This document shows, in pieces, positions 10,623-22,587 of a stretch of DNA of 64,000 nt. This DNA comes from Escherichia coli. Its GTDB lineage: Bacteria; Pseudomonadota; Gammaproteobacteria; Enterobacterales; Enterobacteriaceae. The position numbers and the translations under genes are program-made. The notes below the pieces were generated by a model that had not been told where the DNA came from, searched no databases, and worked only from the letters and a program-made list of their open reading frames with translations. The stretch is taken from NCBI RefSeq assembly GCF_003334405.1, contig NZ_QOWM01000005.1; one strand, given 5' to 3'. The first letter of the stretch is position 1. Each line of letters starts with the position of its first letter.

Positions 10623-11513
10623 ATGAGCCAGTCAGAGTTTGATTCAGCGCTTCCGAACGGTATAGGGTTAGCGCCTTACCTGCGAATGAAGCAGGAAGGA
10701 ATGACAGAAAATGAAAGCCGCATCGTGGAGTGGTTACTCAAACCCGGTAACCTGAGTTGTGCACCCGCAATTAAAGATGTCGCAGAAGCTCTGGCGGTAT
10801 CTGAAGCGATGATAGTTAAGGTATCAAAGCTGCTGGGGTTTAGCGGCTTTCGTAACTTACGCAGTGCGCTGGAAGATTATTTTTCTCAGTCAGAACAGGT
10901 ATTGCCTTCCGAGTTGGCTTTTGATGAAGCGCCGCAGGATGTGGTGAATAAGGTATTTAACATCACTTTACGCACCATTATGGAAGGTCAGTCGATCGTC
11001 AACGTTGATGAGATCCACCGTGCCGCCCGCTTTTTCTATCAGGCCAGACAGCGGGATTTGTACGGTGCCGGAGGATCAAATGCTATCTGTGCTGATGTAC
11101 AGCACAAGTTCTTGCGCATTGGCGTACGCTGTCAGGCCTATCCTGATGCTCACATCATGATGATGTCCGCTTCGTTGTTACAGGAAGGAGATGTTGTGCT
11201 GGTAGTGACCCATTCCGGGCGAACCAGTGATGTAAAAGCGGCCGTAGAACTGGCAAAAAAGAACGGGGCAAAGATTATTTGTATAACCCATAGCTACCAT
11301 TCACCGATAGCGAAACTGGCCGATTATATTATTTGCTCACCAGCCCCGGAAACGCCGTTATTAGGTCGTAATGCCTCGGCAAGAATATTACAACTAACTT
11401 TGCTGGACGCTTTTTTTGTCTCTGTCGCCCAGCTCAACATTGAACAAGCTAATATTAATATGCAAAAAACCGGCGCAATTGTTGATTTCTTCTCACCAGG
11501 CGCGCTGAAATAA
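10623..11513 (+). CDS. rpiR: RpiR/AlsR family transcriptional repressor (HTH + SIS domain)
   Basis: ORF 10590..11513 trimmed to ATG 10623 (MSQSEFDSALPNG...), 296 aa; divergent from rpiB across AT-rich 358-bp region. Confidence 0.9.
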   Translation: MSQSEFDSALPNGIGLAPYLRMKQEGMTENESRIVEWLLKPGNLSCAPAIKDVAEALAVSEAMIVKVSKLLGFSGFRNLRSALEDYFSQSEQVLPSELAFDEAPQDVVNKVFNITLRTIMEGQSIVNVDEIHRAARFFYQARQRDLYGAGGSNAICADVQHKFLRIGVRCQAYPDAHIMMMSASLLQEGDVVLVVTHSGRTSDVKAAVELAKKNGAKIICITHSYHSPIAKLADYIICSPAPETPLLGRNASARILQLTLLDAFFVSVAQLNIEQANINMQKTGAIVDFFSPGALK

Positions 11514-11571
11514 GAAAAAGGTAATTCCGCCATCGCGGAGTTACCTGTCCCCTTACCGTGAGAACATTATT

Positions 11572-12507
11572 ATGAATAAATATCTGAAATATTTCAGCGG
11601 CACACTCGTGGGCTTAATGTTGTCAACCAGCGCTTTTGCTGCCGCCGAATATGCTGTCGTATTGAAAACCCTCTCCAACCCATTTTGGGTAGATATGAAA
11701 AAAGGCATTGAAGATGAAGCAAAAACACTGGGCGTCAGCGTTGATATTTTTGCCTCTCCTTCAGAAGGCGATTTTCAATCTCAATTGCAGTTATTTGAAG
11801 ATCTCAGTAATAAAAATTACAAAGGTATCGCCTTCGCTCCATTATCCTCAGTGAATCTGGTCATGCCTGTCGCCCGCGCATGGAAAAAAGGCATTTATCT
11901 GGTTAATCTCGATGAAAAAATCGACATGGATAATCTGAAAAAAGCTGGCGGCAATGTGGAAGCTTTTGTCACCACCGATAACGTTGCTGTCGGGGCGAAA
12001 GGCGCGTCGTTCATTATTGACAAATTGGGCGCTGAAGGTGGTGAAGTCGCAATCATTGAGGGTAAAGCCGGTAACGCCTCCGGTGAAGCGCGTCGTAATG
12101 GTGCCACCGAAGCCTTCAAAAAAGCAAGCCAGATCAAGCTTGTCGCCAGCCAGCCTGCCGACTGGGACCGCATTAAAGCACTGGATGTCGCCACTAACGT
12201 GTTGCAACGTAATCCGAATATTAAAGCGATCTATTGCGCGAATGACACGATGGCAATGGGTGTTGCTCAGGCAGTCGCAAACGCCGGAAAAACGGGAAAA
12301 GTGCTGGTCGTCGGTACAGATGGCATTCCGGAAGCCCGCAAAATGGTGGAAGCCGGACAAATGACCGCGACGGTTGCCCAGAACCCGGCGGATATCGGCG
12401 CAACGGGTCTGAAGCTGATGGTTGACGCTGAGAAATCCGGCAAGGTTATCCCGCTGGATAAAGCACCGGAATTTAAACTGGTCGATTCAATCCTGGTCAC
12501 TCAATAA
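11572..12507 (+). CDS. alsB: D-allose ABC transporter periplasmic binding protein
   Basis: 311-aa ORF with signal peptide; recognised AlsB. Confidence 0.93.
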   Translation: MNKYLKYFSGTLVGLMLSTSAFAAAEYAVVLKTLSNPFWVDMKKGIEDEAKTLGVSVDIFASPSEGDFQSQLQLFEDLSNKNYKGIAFAPLSSVNLVMPVARAWKKGIYLVNLDEKIDMDNLKKAGGNVEAFVTTDNVAVGAKGASFIIDKLGAEGGEVAIIEGKAGNASGEARRNGATEAFKKASQIKLVASQPADWDRIKALDVATNVLQRNPNIKAIYCANDTMAMGVAQAVANAGKTGKVLVVGTDGIPEARKMVEAGQMTATVAQNPADIGATGLKLMVDAEKSGKVIPLDKAPEFKLVDSILVTQ

Positions 12508-12515
12508 AACTGAAT

Positions 12516-12558
12516 GATGCCGGATGATGATGCTAATGAAGTGTCTTATCCGGCCAAC
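12516..12558. repeat. REP-like palindromic element
   Basis: gatgccggatgatgatgctaatgaagtgtcttatccggccaac, REP-type ends GCCGGATG...CTTATCCGGCC, downstream of alsB. Confidence 0.5.
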
Positions 12559-12633
12559 AAAATAACCTGAACGTAGACCTGATAAATGTAGCCATCAGGC
12601 AATAATACGATATTTCGTGCAGAGAGGTTATTT

Positions 12634-14166
12634 ATGGCCACGCCATATATATCGATGGCGGGGATCGGCAAGTCCTTTGGTCCGGTTCACGCATTAAAGT
12701 CGGTTAATTTAACGGTTTATCCTGGTGAAATACATGCATTACTAGGAGAAAATGGCGCGGGTAAATCCACGCTAATGAAAGTTTTATCCGGAATACATGA
12801 GCCGACCAAAGGCACCATTACCATTAATAACATTAGCTATAACAAGCTGGATCATAAATTAGCGGCACAACTCGGTATCGGGATTATTTATCAGGAACTC
12901 AGCGTTATTGATGAATTAACCGTACTGGAAAATTTATATATTGGTCGTCATCTGACGAAAAAAATCTGTGGCGTCAATATTATCGACTGGCGAGAAATGC
13001 GTGTCCGCGCCGCCATGATGTTATTACGCGTGGGCTTGAAAGTTGATCTAGATGAGAAAGTGGCGAATTTATCTATCAGCCACAAGCAGATGCTAGAAAT
13101 TGCCAAAACGCTGATGCTCGATGCCAAAGTCATCATCATGGATGAACCCACCTCCTCACTCACCAATAAAGAGGTGGACTATCTGTTTCTGATCATGAAT
13201 CAGTTGCGTAAAGAGGGTACGGCCATCGTCTATATCTCGCATAAGTTGGCGGAAATTCGCCGTATTTGCGACCGCTATACGGTGATGAAAGACGGCAGCA
13301 GCGTTTGCAGCGGCATAGTAAGCGATGTGTCAAATGACGATATCGTCCGTCTGATGGTAGGCCGCGAACTGCAAAACCGTTTTAACGCGATGAAGGAGAA
13401 TGTCAGCAACCTTGCGCACGAAACGGTTTTTGAGGTGCGGAACGTCACCAGTCGTGACAGAAAAAAGGTCCGGGATATCTCATTTAGCGTCTGCCGGGGA
13501 GAAATATTAGGCTTTGCCGGACTGGTCGGTTCCGGACGTACTGAACTGATGAATTGTCTGTTTGGCGTGGATAAACGCGCTGGCGGAGAAATCCGTCTTA
13601 ATGGCAAAGATATCTCTCCACGTTCACCCCTGGATGCCGTGAAAAAAGGGATGGCTTACATCACTGAAAGCCGCCGGGATAACGGTTTTTTCCCCAACTT
13701 TTCCATCGCTCAGAACATGGCGATCAGCCGCAGTCTGAAAGACGGCGGCTATAAAGGCGCGATGGGCTTGTTTCATGAAGTTGACGAGCAACGTACCGCT
13801 GAAAATCAACGCGAACTGCTGGCGCTGAAATGTCATTCGGTAAACCAGAATATCACCGAACTCTCCGGGGGAAATCAGCAGAAAGTCCTGATCTCCAAAT
13901 GGCTGTGCTGTTGCCCGGAAGTGATTATTTTCGATGAACCTACCCGCGGCATCGACGTTGGCGCGAAAGCCGAAATTTACAAAGTGATGCGCCAACTGGC
14001 GGACGACGGAAAAGTCATCCTGATGGTGTCATCTGAACTACCTGAAATTATCACCGTCTGCGACCGCATCGCCGTGTTCTGCGAAGGACGACTGACGCAA
14101 ATCCTGACGAATCGCGATGACATGAGCGAAGAGGAGATTATGGCATGGGCTTTACCACAAGAGTAA
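12634..14166 (+). CDS. alsA: D-allose ABC transporter ATP-binding protein (duplicated ABC domains)
   Basis: 510-aa ORF with two Walker A motifs (GENGAGKST, GLVGSGRTE). Confidence 0.93.
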   Translation: MATPYISMAGIGKSFGPVHALKSVNLTVYPGEIHALLGENGAGKSTLMKVLSGIHEPTKGTITINNISYNKLDHKLAAQLGIGIIYQELSVIDELTVLENLYIGRHLTKKICGVNIIDWREMRVRAAMMLLRVGLKVDLDEKVANLSISHKQMLEIAKTLMLDAKVIIMDEPTSSLTNKEVDYLFLIMNQLRKEGTAIVYISHKLAEIRRICDRYTVMKDGSSVCSGIVSDVSNDDIVRLMVGRELQNRFNAMKENVSNLAHETVFEVRNVTSRDRKKVRDISFSVCRGEILGFAGLVGSGRTELMNCLFGVDKRAGGEIRLNGKDISPRSPLDAVKKGMAYITESRRDNGFFPNFSIAQNMAISRSLKDGGYKGAMGLFHEVDEQRTAENQRELLALKCHSVNQNITELSGGNQQKVLISKWLCCCPEVIIFDEPTRGIDVGAKAEIYKVMRQLADDGKVILMVSSELPEIITVCDRIAVFCEGRLTQILTNRDDMSEEEIMAWALPQE

Positions 14167-15125
14167 AAAGCGAAGCGAGCGAGAAGAAACCGTTCAACTT
14201 TGCGCTGTTCTGGGATAAATACGGCACCTTTTTTATCCTGGCGATCATCGTCGCCATCTTTGGTTCGCTGTCACCAGAATATTTTCTGACCACCAATAAT
14301 ATTACCCAGATTTTTGTTCAAAGCTCCGTGACGGTATTGATCGGCATGGGCGAGTTTTTCGCTATCCTGGTCGCTGGTATCGACCTCTCGGTTGGCGCGA
14401 TTCTGGCGCTTTCCGGTATGGTGACCGCCAAACTGATGTTGGCAGGTGTTGACCCGTTTCTCGCAGCGATGATTGGCGGTGTACTGGTTGGCGGCGCACT
14501 GGGGGCGATCAACGGCTGCCTGGTCAACTGGACGGGGCTACACCCGTTCATCATCACCCTTGGCACCAACGCGATTTTCCGTGGGATCACGCTGGTGATC
14601 TCCGATGCCAACTCGGTATACGGCTTCTCATTTGACTTCGTGAACTTCTTTGCCGCCAGCGTAATTGGGATACCTGTCCCCGTTATCTTCTCACTAATTG
14701 TCGCGCTCATCCTTTGGTTTCTGACAACGCGTATGCGGCTCGGGCGCAACATCTACGCACTGGGCGGCAACAAAAATTCGGCGTTCTATTCCGGGATTGA
14801 CGTGAAATTCCACATCCTGGTGGTGTTTATCATCTCCGGTGTTTGTGCAGGTCTGGCAGGCGTCGTCTCAACTGCACGACTCGGTGCCGCAGAACCGCTT
14901 GCCGGTATGGGTTTTGAAACCTATGCCATTGCCAGCGCCATCATTGGCGGCACCAGTTTCTTCGGCGGCAAGGGGCGCATTTTCTCTGTGGTGATTGGCG
15001 GGTTGATCATCGGCACCATCAACAACGGTCTGAATATTTTGCAGGTACAAACCTATTACCAACTGGTGGTGATGGGCGGATTAATTATCGCGGCTGTCGC
15101 CCTTGACCGTCTTATCAGTAAGTAA
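14145..15125 (+). CDS. alsC: D-allose ABC transporter permease
   Basis: 326-aa hydrophobic ORF overlapping alsA 3' end. Confidence 0.93.
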   Translation: MGFTTRVKSEASEKKPFNFALFWDKYGTFFILAIIVAIFGSLSPEYFLTTNNITQIFVQSSVTVLIGMGEFFAILVAGIDLSVGAILALSGMVTAKLMLAGVDPFLAAMIGGVLVGGALGAINGCLVNWTGLHPFIITLGTNAIFRGITLVISDANSVYGFSFDFVNFFAASVIGIPVPVIFSLIVALILWFLTTRMRLGRNIYALGGNKNSAFYSGIDVKFHILVVFIISGVCAGLAGVVSTARLGAAEPLAGMGFETYAIASAIIGGTSFFGGKGRIFSVVIGGLIIGTINNGLNILQVQTYYQLVVMGGLIIAAVALDRLISK

Positions 15126-15135
15126 GGAATTGAAC

Positions 15136-16744
<1,609 letters not shown>

Positions 16745-16751
16745 GTAAAAC

Positions 16752-16786
16752 GTTGGCACAGTAGCGCAATGTCCCGCTGTGCCAAC
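16752..16786 (+). terminator. Hairpin downstream of alsK (10-bp stem gttggcacag/ctgtgccaac, 15-nt loop), no clear U-tract
   Basis: Inverted repeat read directly; weak as intrinsic terminator because the U-run is missing. Confidence 0.3.
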
Positions 16787-17016
16787 GACAGGTACAATAT
16801 ATATAATAAACACATAAAACGACTCATATTATTTTCTGCAATGATAGTTTTACTGTAATTTTCCCTCTTCAGCACAAATGCCTAATAAAATGGCGCGTTC
16901 CGCTCACACTTCCACTTATTAAAGTCGCAATTTCCCAATTATGATAACGCCAGCTTTAAATGACGTATTTTGCATGGATTACATATTTACGACATAAATG
17001 ATAAATGGAGATTTAT

Positions 17017-19002
17017 ATGAATAACTCTCGGTTATTCCGTTTGAGCAGGATTGTTATTGCGTTAACTGCCGCCAGCGGCATGATGGTAAATACCGCTAAC
17101 GCGAAAGAGGAAGCGAAAGCCGCCACTCAATATACCCAACAGGTTAATCAGAATTACGCCAAATCATTACCGTTTAGCGATCGTCAGGATTTTGACGATG
17201 CCCAGCGTGGATTTATCGCCCCGCTGCTGGATGAAGGTATTCTGCGTGATGCGAACGGTAAAGTTTACTACCGCGCGGACGATTACAAATTTGATATTAA
17301 TGCCGCAGCGCCGGAAACCGTAAACCCCAGCCTGTGGCGTCAGTCGCAAATCAACGGTATTTCTGGCCTGTTCAAAGTCACCGATAAAATGTATCAGGTG
17401 CGCGGCCAGGATATCTCTAACATTACGTTCGTTGAGGGCGAGAAAGGCATTATTGTTATCGACCCGCTGGTGACGCCGCCTGCCGCAAAAGCCGCACTTG
17501 ACCTTTACTTCCAGCATCGTCCGCAAAAACCGATTGTTGCCGTTATCTACACTCACAGCCACACCGACCACTATGGTGGCGTGAAAGGCATTATCTCTGA
17601 AGCCGATGTTAAATCCGGCAAAGTTCAGGTGATTGCCCCTGCAGGCTTTATGGACGAAGCCATCAGCGAAAACGTGCTGGCGGGTAACATCATGAGCCGC
17701 CGTGCGCTCTACTCTTACGGTCTGTTACTGCCGCACAACGCGCAAGGCAATGTGGGTAATGGCCTTGGCGTGACGCTGGCAACGGGCGACCCGAGCATTA
17801 TTGCACCGACGAAAACTATCGTCAGAACTGGCGAGAAGATGATTATCGACGGCCTGGAGTTTGACTTCCTGATGACCCCAGGTAGCGAAGCGCCAGCCGA
17901 AATGCACTTCTATATTCCGGCCCTGAAAGCCCTGTGTACCGCCGAGAACGCCACGCATACCCTGCACAACTTCTACACTCTGCGCGGCGCGAAAACCCGC
18001 GACACCAGCAAGTGGACCGAGTATCTGAACGAAACGCTGGATATGTGGGGTAACGACGCGGAAGTGCTGTTTATGCCGCACACCTGGCCGGTCTGGGGCA
18101 ATAAGCATATCAATGATTATATTGGTAAATACCGCGATACCATCAAGTACATTCACGACCAGACCCTGCACCTGGCGAACCAGGGCTACACCATGAATGA
18201 AATCGGCGACATGATTAAGCTGCCGCCTGCACTTGCCAATAACTGGGCCAGCCGCGGCTATTACGGTTCTGTCAGCCACAACGCCCGCGCGGTGTATAAC
18301 TTCTATCTTGGCTATTACGACGGTAACCCGGCTAACCTGCATCCGTATGGTCAGGTGGAGATGGGTAAACGTTACGTGCAGGCGCTGGGCGGTTCTGCCC
18401 GTGTCATCAACCTGGCGCAAGAAGCGAACAAGCAAGGTGATTACCGCTGGTCGGCAGAACTGCTGAAACAGGTGATTGCCGCCAACCCGGGTGACCAGGT
18501 CGCGAAGAATCTGCAAGCGAATAACTTTGAACAGCTGGGCTATCAGGCCGAGTCCGCCACATGGCGCGGTTTCTACCTGACCGGCGCGAAAGAGCTGCGC
18601 GAAGGGGTGCATAAGTTCAGCCACGGCACCACCGGTTCCCCGGACACCATTCGCGGGATGTCGGTCGAAATGCTGTTCGACTTTATGGCCGTTCGCCTCG
18701 ATAGCGCGAAAGCTGCGGGTAAAAATATCAGCCTGAACTTCAATATGAGCAACGGCGATAACCTCAACCTGACGCTGAACGATAGCGTGCTTAACTACCG
18801 GAAAACGCTGCAACCGCAAGCCGACGCCTCTTTCTACATCAGCCGTGAAGATCTGCACGCCGTGCTGACCGGACAAGCCAAAATGGCGGATCTGGTAAAA
18901 GCGAAGAAAGCCAAAATTATTGGCAATGGCGCGAAACTGGAAGAAATTATCGCCTGTCTGGATAATTTCGATTTGTGGGTGAATATCGTAACCCCAAATT
19001 AA
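17017..19002 (+). CDS. yjcS: Putative alkyl/aryl-sulfatase (metallo-beta-lactamase fold)
   Basis: ORF 17005..19002; start taken at second ATG ([10 protein letters not shown]...) giving 661 aa, ATG at 17005 also possible; signal peptide; motif [10 protein letters not shown]. Confidence 0.88.
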
Positions 19003-19011
19003 TGTCACTCG

Positions 19012-19050
19012 CTTTTGGGGGCGCTGAAGCCCCCAAAAGTATTTATTTTA
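19012..19050 (+). terminator. Rho-independent terminator of yjcS
   Basis: cttttggggg-cgctgaag-cccccaaaag followed by tatttatttta. Confidence 0.85.
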
Positions 19051-19210
19051 AAAATATATACAGCCAATTAATAAATAAAATATATAAGTTATGAATGCGG
19101 TGGCTGAATAAAGCTATTTTTATTCATCAAGAAAATAGCCATACTGACGCCTTCAATGGATATTGATATTCACTACAGATATTGTTCGCAGCAGACAGGA
19201 TGTATTTAAT

Positions 19211-19486
19211 ATGCCAACAGTTCTCTCTCGCATGGCGATGCAACTCAAAAAAACAGCCTGGATAATTCCCGTCTTCATGGTTTCGGGATGCTCATTATCT
19301 CCGGCAATCCCGGTGATCGGCGCTTATTATCCCAGCTGGTTTTTCTGCGCCATTGCCAGCCTTATTTTGACGCTCATCACGAGGCGAGTTATTCAGCGGG
19401 CAAATATCAATCTGGCATTTGTCGGAATTATTTATACCGCCCTTTTTGCTCTCTACGCCATGCTGTTCTGGCTGGCATTTTTCTAA
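19211..19486 (+). CDS. ytcA: Small membrane lipoprotein YtcA
   Basis: ORF 19163..19486 trimmed to ATG 19211 (MPTVLSRMAMQLKKTAWIIPVFMVSGCSLS...), lipobox VSGC; 91 aa. Confidence 0.8.
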   Translation: MPTVLSRMAMQLKKTAWIIPVFMVSGCSLSPAIPVIGAYYPSWFFCAIASLILTLITRRVIQRANINLAFVGIIYTALFALYAMLFWLAFF

Positions 19487-19504
19487 TCTATTTGAGACGC
19501 GCTC

Positions 19505-20536
19505 ATGGAAAGTACGCCGAAAAAAGCTCCTCGCAGTAAATTCCCTGCTCTGTTAGTGGTTGCGTTGGCGCTGGTTGCCCTTGTTTTCGTTATCTGGCGC
19601 GTAGACAGTGCGCCATCAACTAATGACGCTTACGCGTCAGCAGATACCATTGATGTGGTACCGGAAGTCAGCGGCCGCATTGTAGAACTGGCGGTCACCG
19701 ACAACCAGGCAGTCAAACAGGGCGATTTGCTGTTCCGCATCGACCCGCGCCCGTACGAAGCCAATCTGGCGAAAGCTGAAGCCTCCCTCGCGGCGCTGGA
19801 TAAGCAAATTATGCTCACCCAGCGTAGCGTTGACGCGCAACAGTTTGGTGCCGACTCGGTTAATGCCACGGTAGAAAAAGCCCGTGCCGCCGCGAAACAG
19901 GCCACAGATACATTACGCCGCACCGAGCCATTACTGAAAGAAGGTTTTGTCTCAGCGGAAGATGTTGACCGTGCAAGAACGGCGCAGCGCGCCGCAGAAG
20001 CGGATCTTAATGCCGTATTGTTACAGGCGCAGTCAGCCGCCAGCGCCGTCAGCGGCGTGGATGCATTAGTTGCCCAGCGTGCGGCGGTCGAAGCGGATAT
20101 TGCCCTGACCAAACTGCATCTGGAAATGGCGACCGTTCGCGCGCCGTTTGATGGCCGGGTCATTTCCCTCAAAACCTCCGTCGGGCAATTTGCTTCTGCC
20201 ATGCGCCCTATTTTTACCCTAATCGACACTCGTCACTGGTATGTGATCGCCAACTTCCGCGAAACCGATCTGAAAAATATTCGCTCAGGTACACCCGCAA
20301 CGATTCGCCTGATGAGTGACAGCGGCAAAACCTTCGAGGGTAAAGTGGATTCGATTGGCTACGGCGTGCTACCGGATGACGGCGGCCTGGTGCTGGGCGG
20401 CCTGCCGAAAGTGTCTCGTTCTATTAACTGGGTCCGCGTTGCCCAGCGTTTTCCGGTCAAAATCATGGTCGATAAACCTGACCCGGAAATGTTCCGCATC
20501 GGCGCTTCGGCAGTCGCTAATCTTGAGCCGCAATAA
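19505..20536 (+). CDS. mdtN: Multidrug efflux membrane fusion protein (HlyD/EmrA family)
   Basis: 343-aa ORF, single N-terminal TM then coiled-coil region. Confidence 0.92.
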   Translation: MESTPKKAPRSKFPALLVVALALVALVFVIWRVDSAPSTNDAYASADTIDVVPEVSGRIVELAVTDNQAVKQGDLLFRIDPRPYEANLAKAEASLAALDKQIMLTQRSVDAQQFGADSVNATVEKARAAAKQATDTLRRTEPLLKEGFVSAEDVDRARTAQRAAEADLNAVLLQAQSAASAVSGVDALVAQRAAVEADIALTKLHLEMATVRAPFDGRVISLKTSVGQFASAMRPIFTLIDTRHWYVIANFRETDLKNIRSGTPATIRLMSDSGKTFEGKVDSIGYGVLPDDGGLVLGGLPKVSRSINWVRVAQRFPVKIMVDKPDPEMFRIGASAVANLEPQ

Positions 20537-22587
20537 TGAGCGCGCTCAACTCCCTGCCATTACCGGTGGTCAGGCTGCTGGCGTTCTTTCATGAAGAGTT
20601 AAGCGAGCGGCGACCAGGTCGCGTGCCGCAGACCGTGCAACTCTGGGTAGGCTGCCTGCTGGTGATTCTGATCTCGATGACCTTTGAGATCCCTTTTGTG
20701 GCGTTATCGCTGGCAGTGCTGTTTTACGGTATTCAGTCGAACGCGTTTTACACCAAATTTGTCGCGATCTTGTTTGTGGTTGCCACGGTGCTGGAGATCG
20801 GCAGCCTGTTTTTGATCTACAAATGGTCATACGGCGAACCGTTGATCCGATTGATCATCGCCGGACCGATCCTGATGGGCTGCATGTTTTTGATGCGCAC
20901 CCATCGCTTGGGGCTGGTCTTTTTCGCCGTCGCCATTGTCGCTATTTACGGGCAAACCTTCCCCGCCATGCTCGACTATCCGGAAGTGGTCGTGCGCTTA
21001 ACGCTGTGGTGTATCGTTGTTGGCCTCTATCCAACCTTGCTGATGACGTTAATCGGCGTGCTGTGGTTTCCCAGTCGTGCCATTTCGCAAATGCATCAGG
21101 CGCTTAATGATCGGCTTGATGATGCCATTAGTCACCTGACAGACAGCCTCGCACCGCTACCCGAAACGCGGATTGAAAGAGAGGCGCTGGCGCTACAAAA
21201 ACTCAATGTCTTTTGCCTCGCGGACGATGCCAACTGGCGAACTCAAAACGCATGGTGGCAAAGCTGCGTGGCAACGGTAACCTACATTTACTCGACGCTG
21301 AATCGCTACGATCCCACCTCTTTTGCTGATTCTCAGGCAATTATTGAATTCCGACAAAAATTAGCTTCAGAAATCAACAAGCTGCAGCATGCCGTTGCTG
21401 AAGGTCAGTGCTGGCAAAGCGACTGGCGGATCAGTGAAAGTGAAGCGATGGCGGCACGGGAATGTAACCTGGAGAATATCTGCCAGACGTTGTTACAACT
21501 GGGTCAGATGGACCCGAATACGCCGCCAACGCCCGCAGCCAAACCGCCATCAATGGCCGCCGATGCTTTTACCAATCCAGACTATATGCGCTACGCGGTA
21601 AAAACGCTGCTCGCCTGTTTGATCTGTTACACCTTTTACAGCGGCGTGGACTGGGAAGGCATTCACACCTGTATGCTGACATGCGTGATCGTCGCTAACC
21701 CAAATGTCGGTTCGTCGTACCAGAAGATGGTGCTGCGTTTTGGCGGGGCCTTTTGCGGCGCGATTCTGGCGCTGTTATTCACGCTACTGGTCATGCCCTG
21801 GCTGGACAATATTGTCGAATTGCTGTTTGTGCTGGCACCGATTTTCCTGTTGGGCGCATGGATTGCCACCAGCTCTGAACGCTCTTCTTATATCGGCACA
21901 CAGATGGTGGTCACCTTCGCGCTCGCCACGCTCGAAAACGTTTTTGGCCCAGTGTACGACCTGGTGGAAATTCGCGATCGCGCCCTGGGTATCATCATTG
22001 GTACCGTGGTGTCCGCGGTGATTTACACCTTTGTCTGGCCTGAAAGTGAAGCGCGCACACTGCCGCAAAAACTGGCTGGCACGCTGGGTATGTTAAGTAA
22101 AGTAATGCGGATCCCACGCCAGCAGGAAGTCACGGCTCTGCGCACTTATCTGCAAATTCGTATCGGTCTGCATGCGGCGTTTAATGCCTGTGAAGAGATG
22201 TGCCAACGCGTGGCGCTGGAGCGTCAACTGGACAGCGAAGAACGCGCATTACTGATTGAACGTTCGCAAACGGTTATTCGTCAGGGCCGCGATCTTCTTC
22301 ACGCCTGGGATGCCACCTGGAACTCGGCGCAGGCGCTGGATAACGCACTACAGCCGGACAGAGCAGGTCAGTTTGCCGACGCCCTGGAGAAATACGCTGC
22401 CGGTCTGGCAACCGCACTCAGCCGTTCTCCTCAAATAACGCTTGAAGAGACACCCGCCTCTCAGGCCATCCTGCCCACCTTATTAAAACAGGAGCAACAC
22501 GTCTGCCAGCTTTTCGCCCGCTTGCCAGACTGGACAGCCCCGGCATTAACGCCCGCCACGGAACAGGCACAAGGAGCCACGCAATGA
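20536..22587 (+). CDS. mdtO: Multidrug efflux inner membrane component (FUSC/aromatic acid exporter-like)
   Basis: 683-aa ORF overlapping mdtN stop (TAATG). Confidence 0.92.
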   Translation: MSALNSLPLPVVRLLAFFHEELSERRPGRVPQTVQLWVGCLLVILISMTFEIPFVALSLAVLFYGIQSNAFYTKFVAILFVVATVLEIGSLFLIYKWSYGEPLIRLIIAGPILMGCMFLMRTHRLGLVFFAVAIVAIYGQTFPAMLDYPEVVVRLTLWCIVVGLYPTLLMTLIGVLWFPSRAISQMHQALNDRLDDAISHLTDSLAPLPETRIEREALALQKLNVFCLADDANWRTQNAWWQSCVATVTYIYSTLNRYDPTSFADSQAIIEFRQKLASEINKLQHAVAEGQCWQSDWRISESEAMAARECNLENICQTLLQLGQMDPNTPPTPAAKPPSMAADAFTNPDYMRYAVKTLLACLICYTFYSGVDWEGIHTCMLTCVIVANPNVGSSYQKMVLRFGGAFCGAILALLFTLLVMPWLDNIVELLFVLAPIFLLGAWIATSSERSSYIGTQMVVTFALATLENVFGPVYDLVEIRDRALGIIIGTVVSAVIYTFVWPESEARTLPQKLAGTLGMLSKVMRIPRQQEVTALRTYLQIRIGLHAAFNACEEMCQRVALERQLDSEERALLIERSQTVIRQGRDLLHAWDATWNSAQALDNALQPDRAGQFADALEKYAAGLATALSRSPQITLEETPASQAILPTLLKQEQHVCQLFARLPDWTAPALTPATEQAQGATQ

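Noticed and set aside
17725-19008. 427-aa minus-strand ORF
   Set aside because: Lies entirely antisense to the well-supported yjcS CDS; a long open antisense frame typical of GC-rich coding DNA, with no recognisable protein features.
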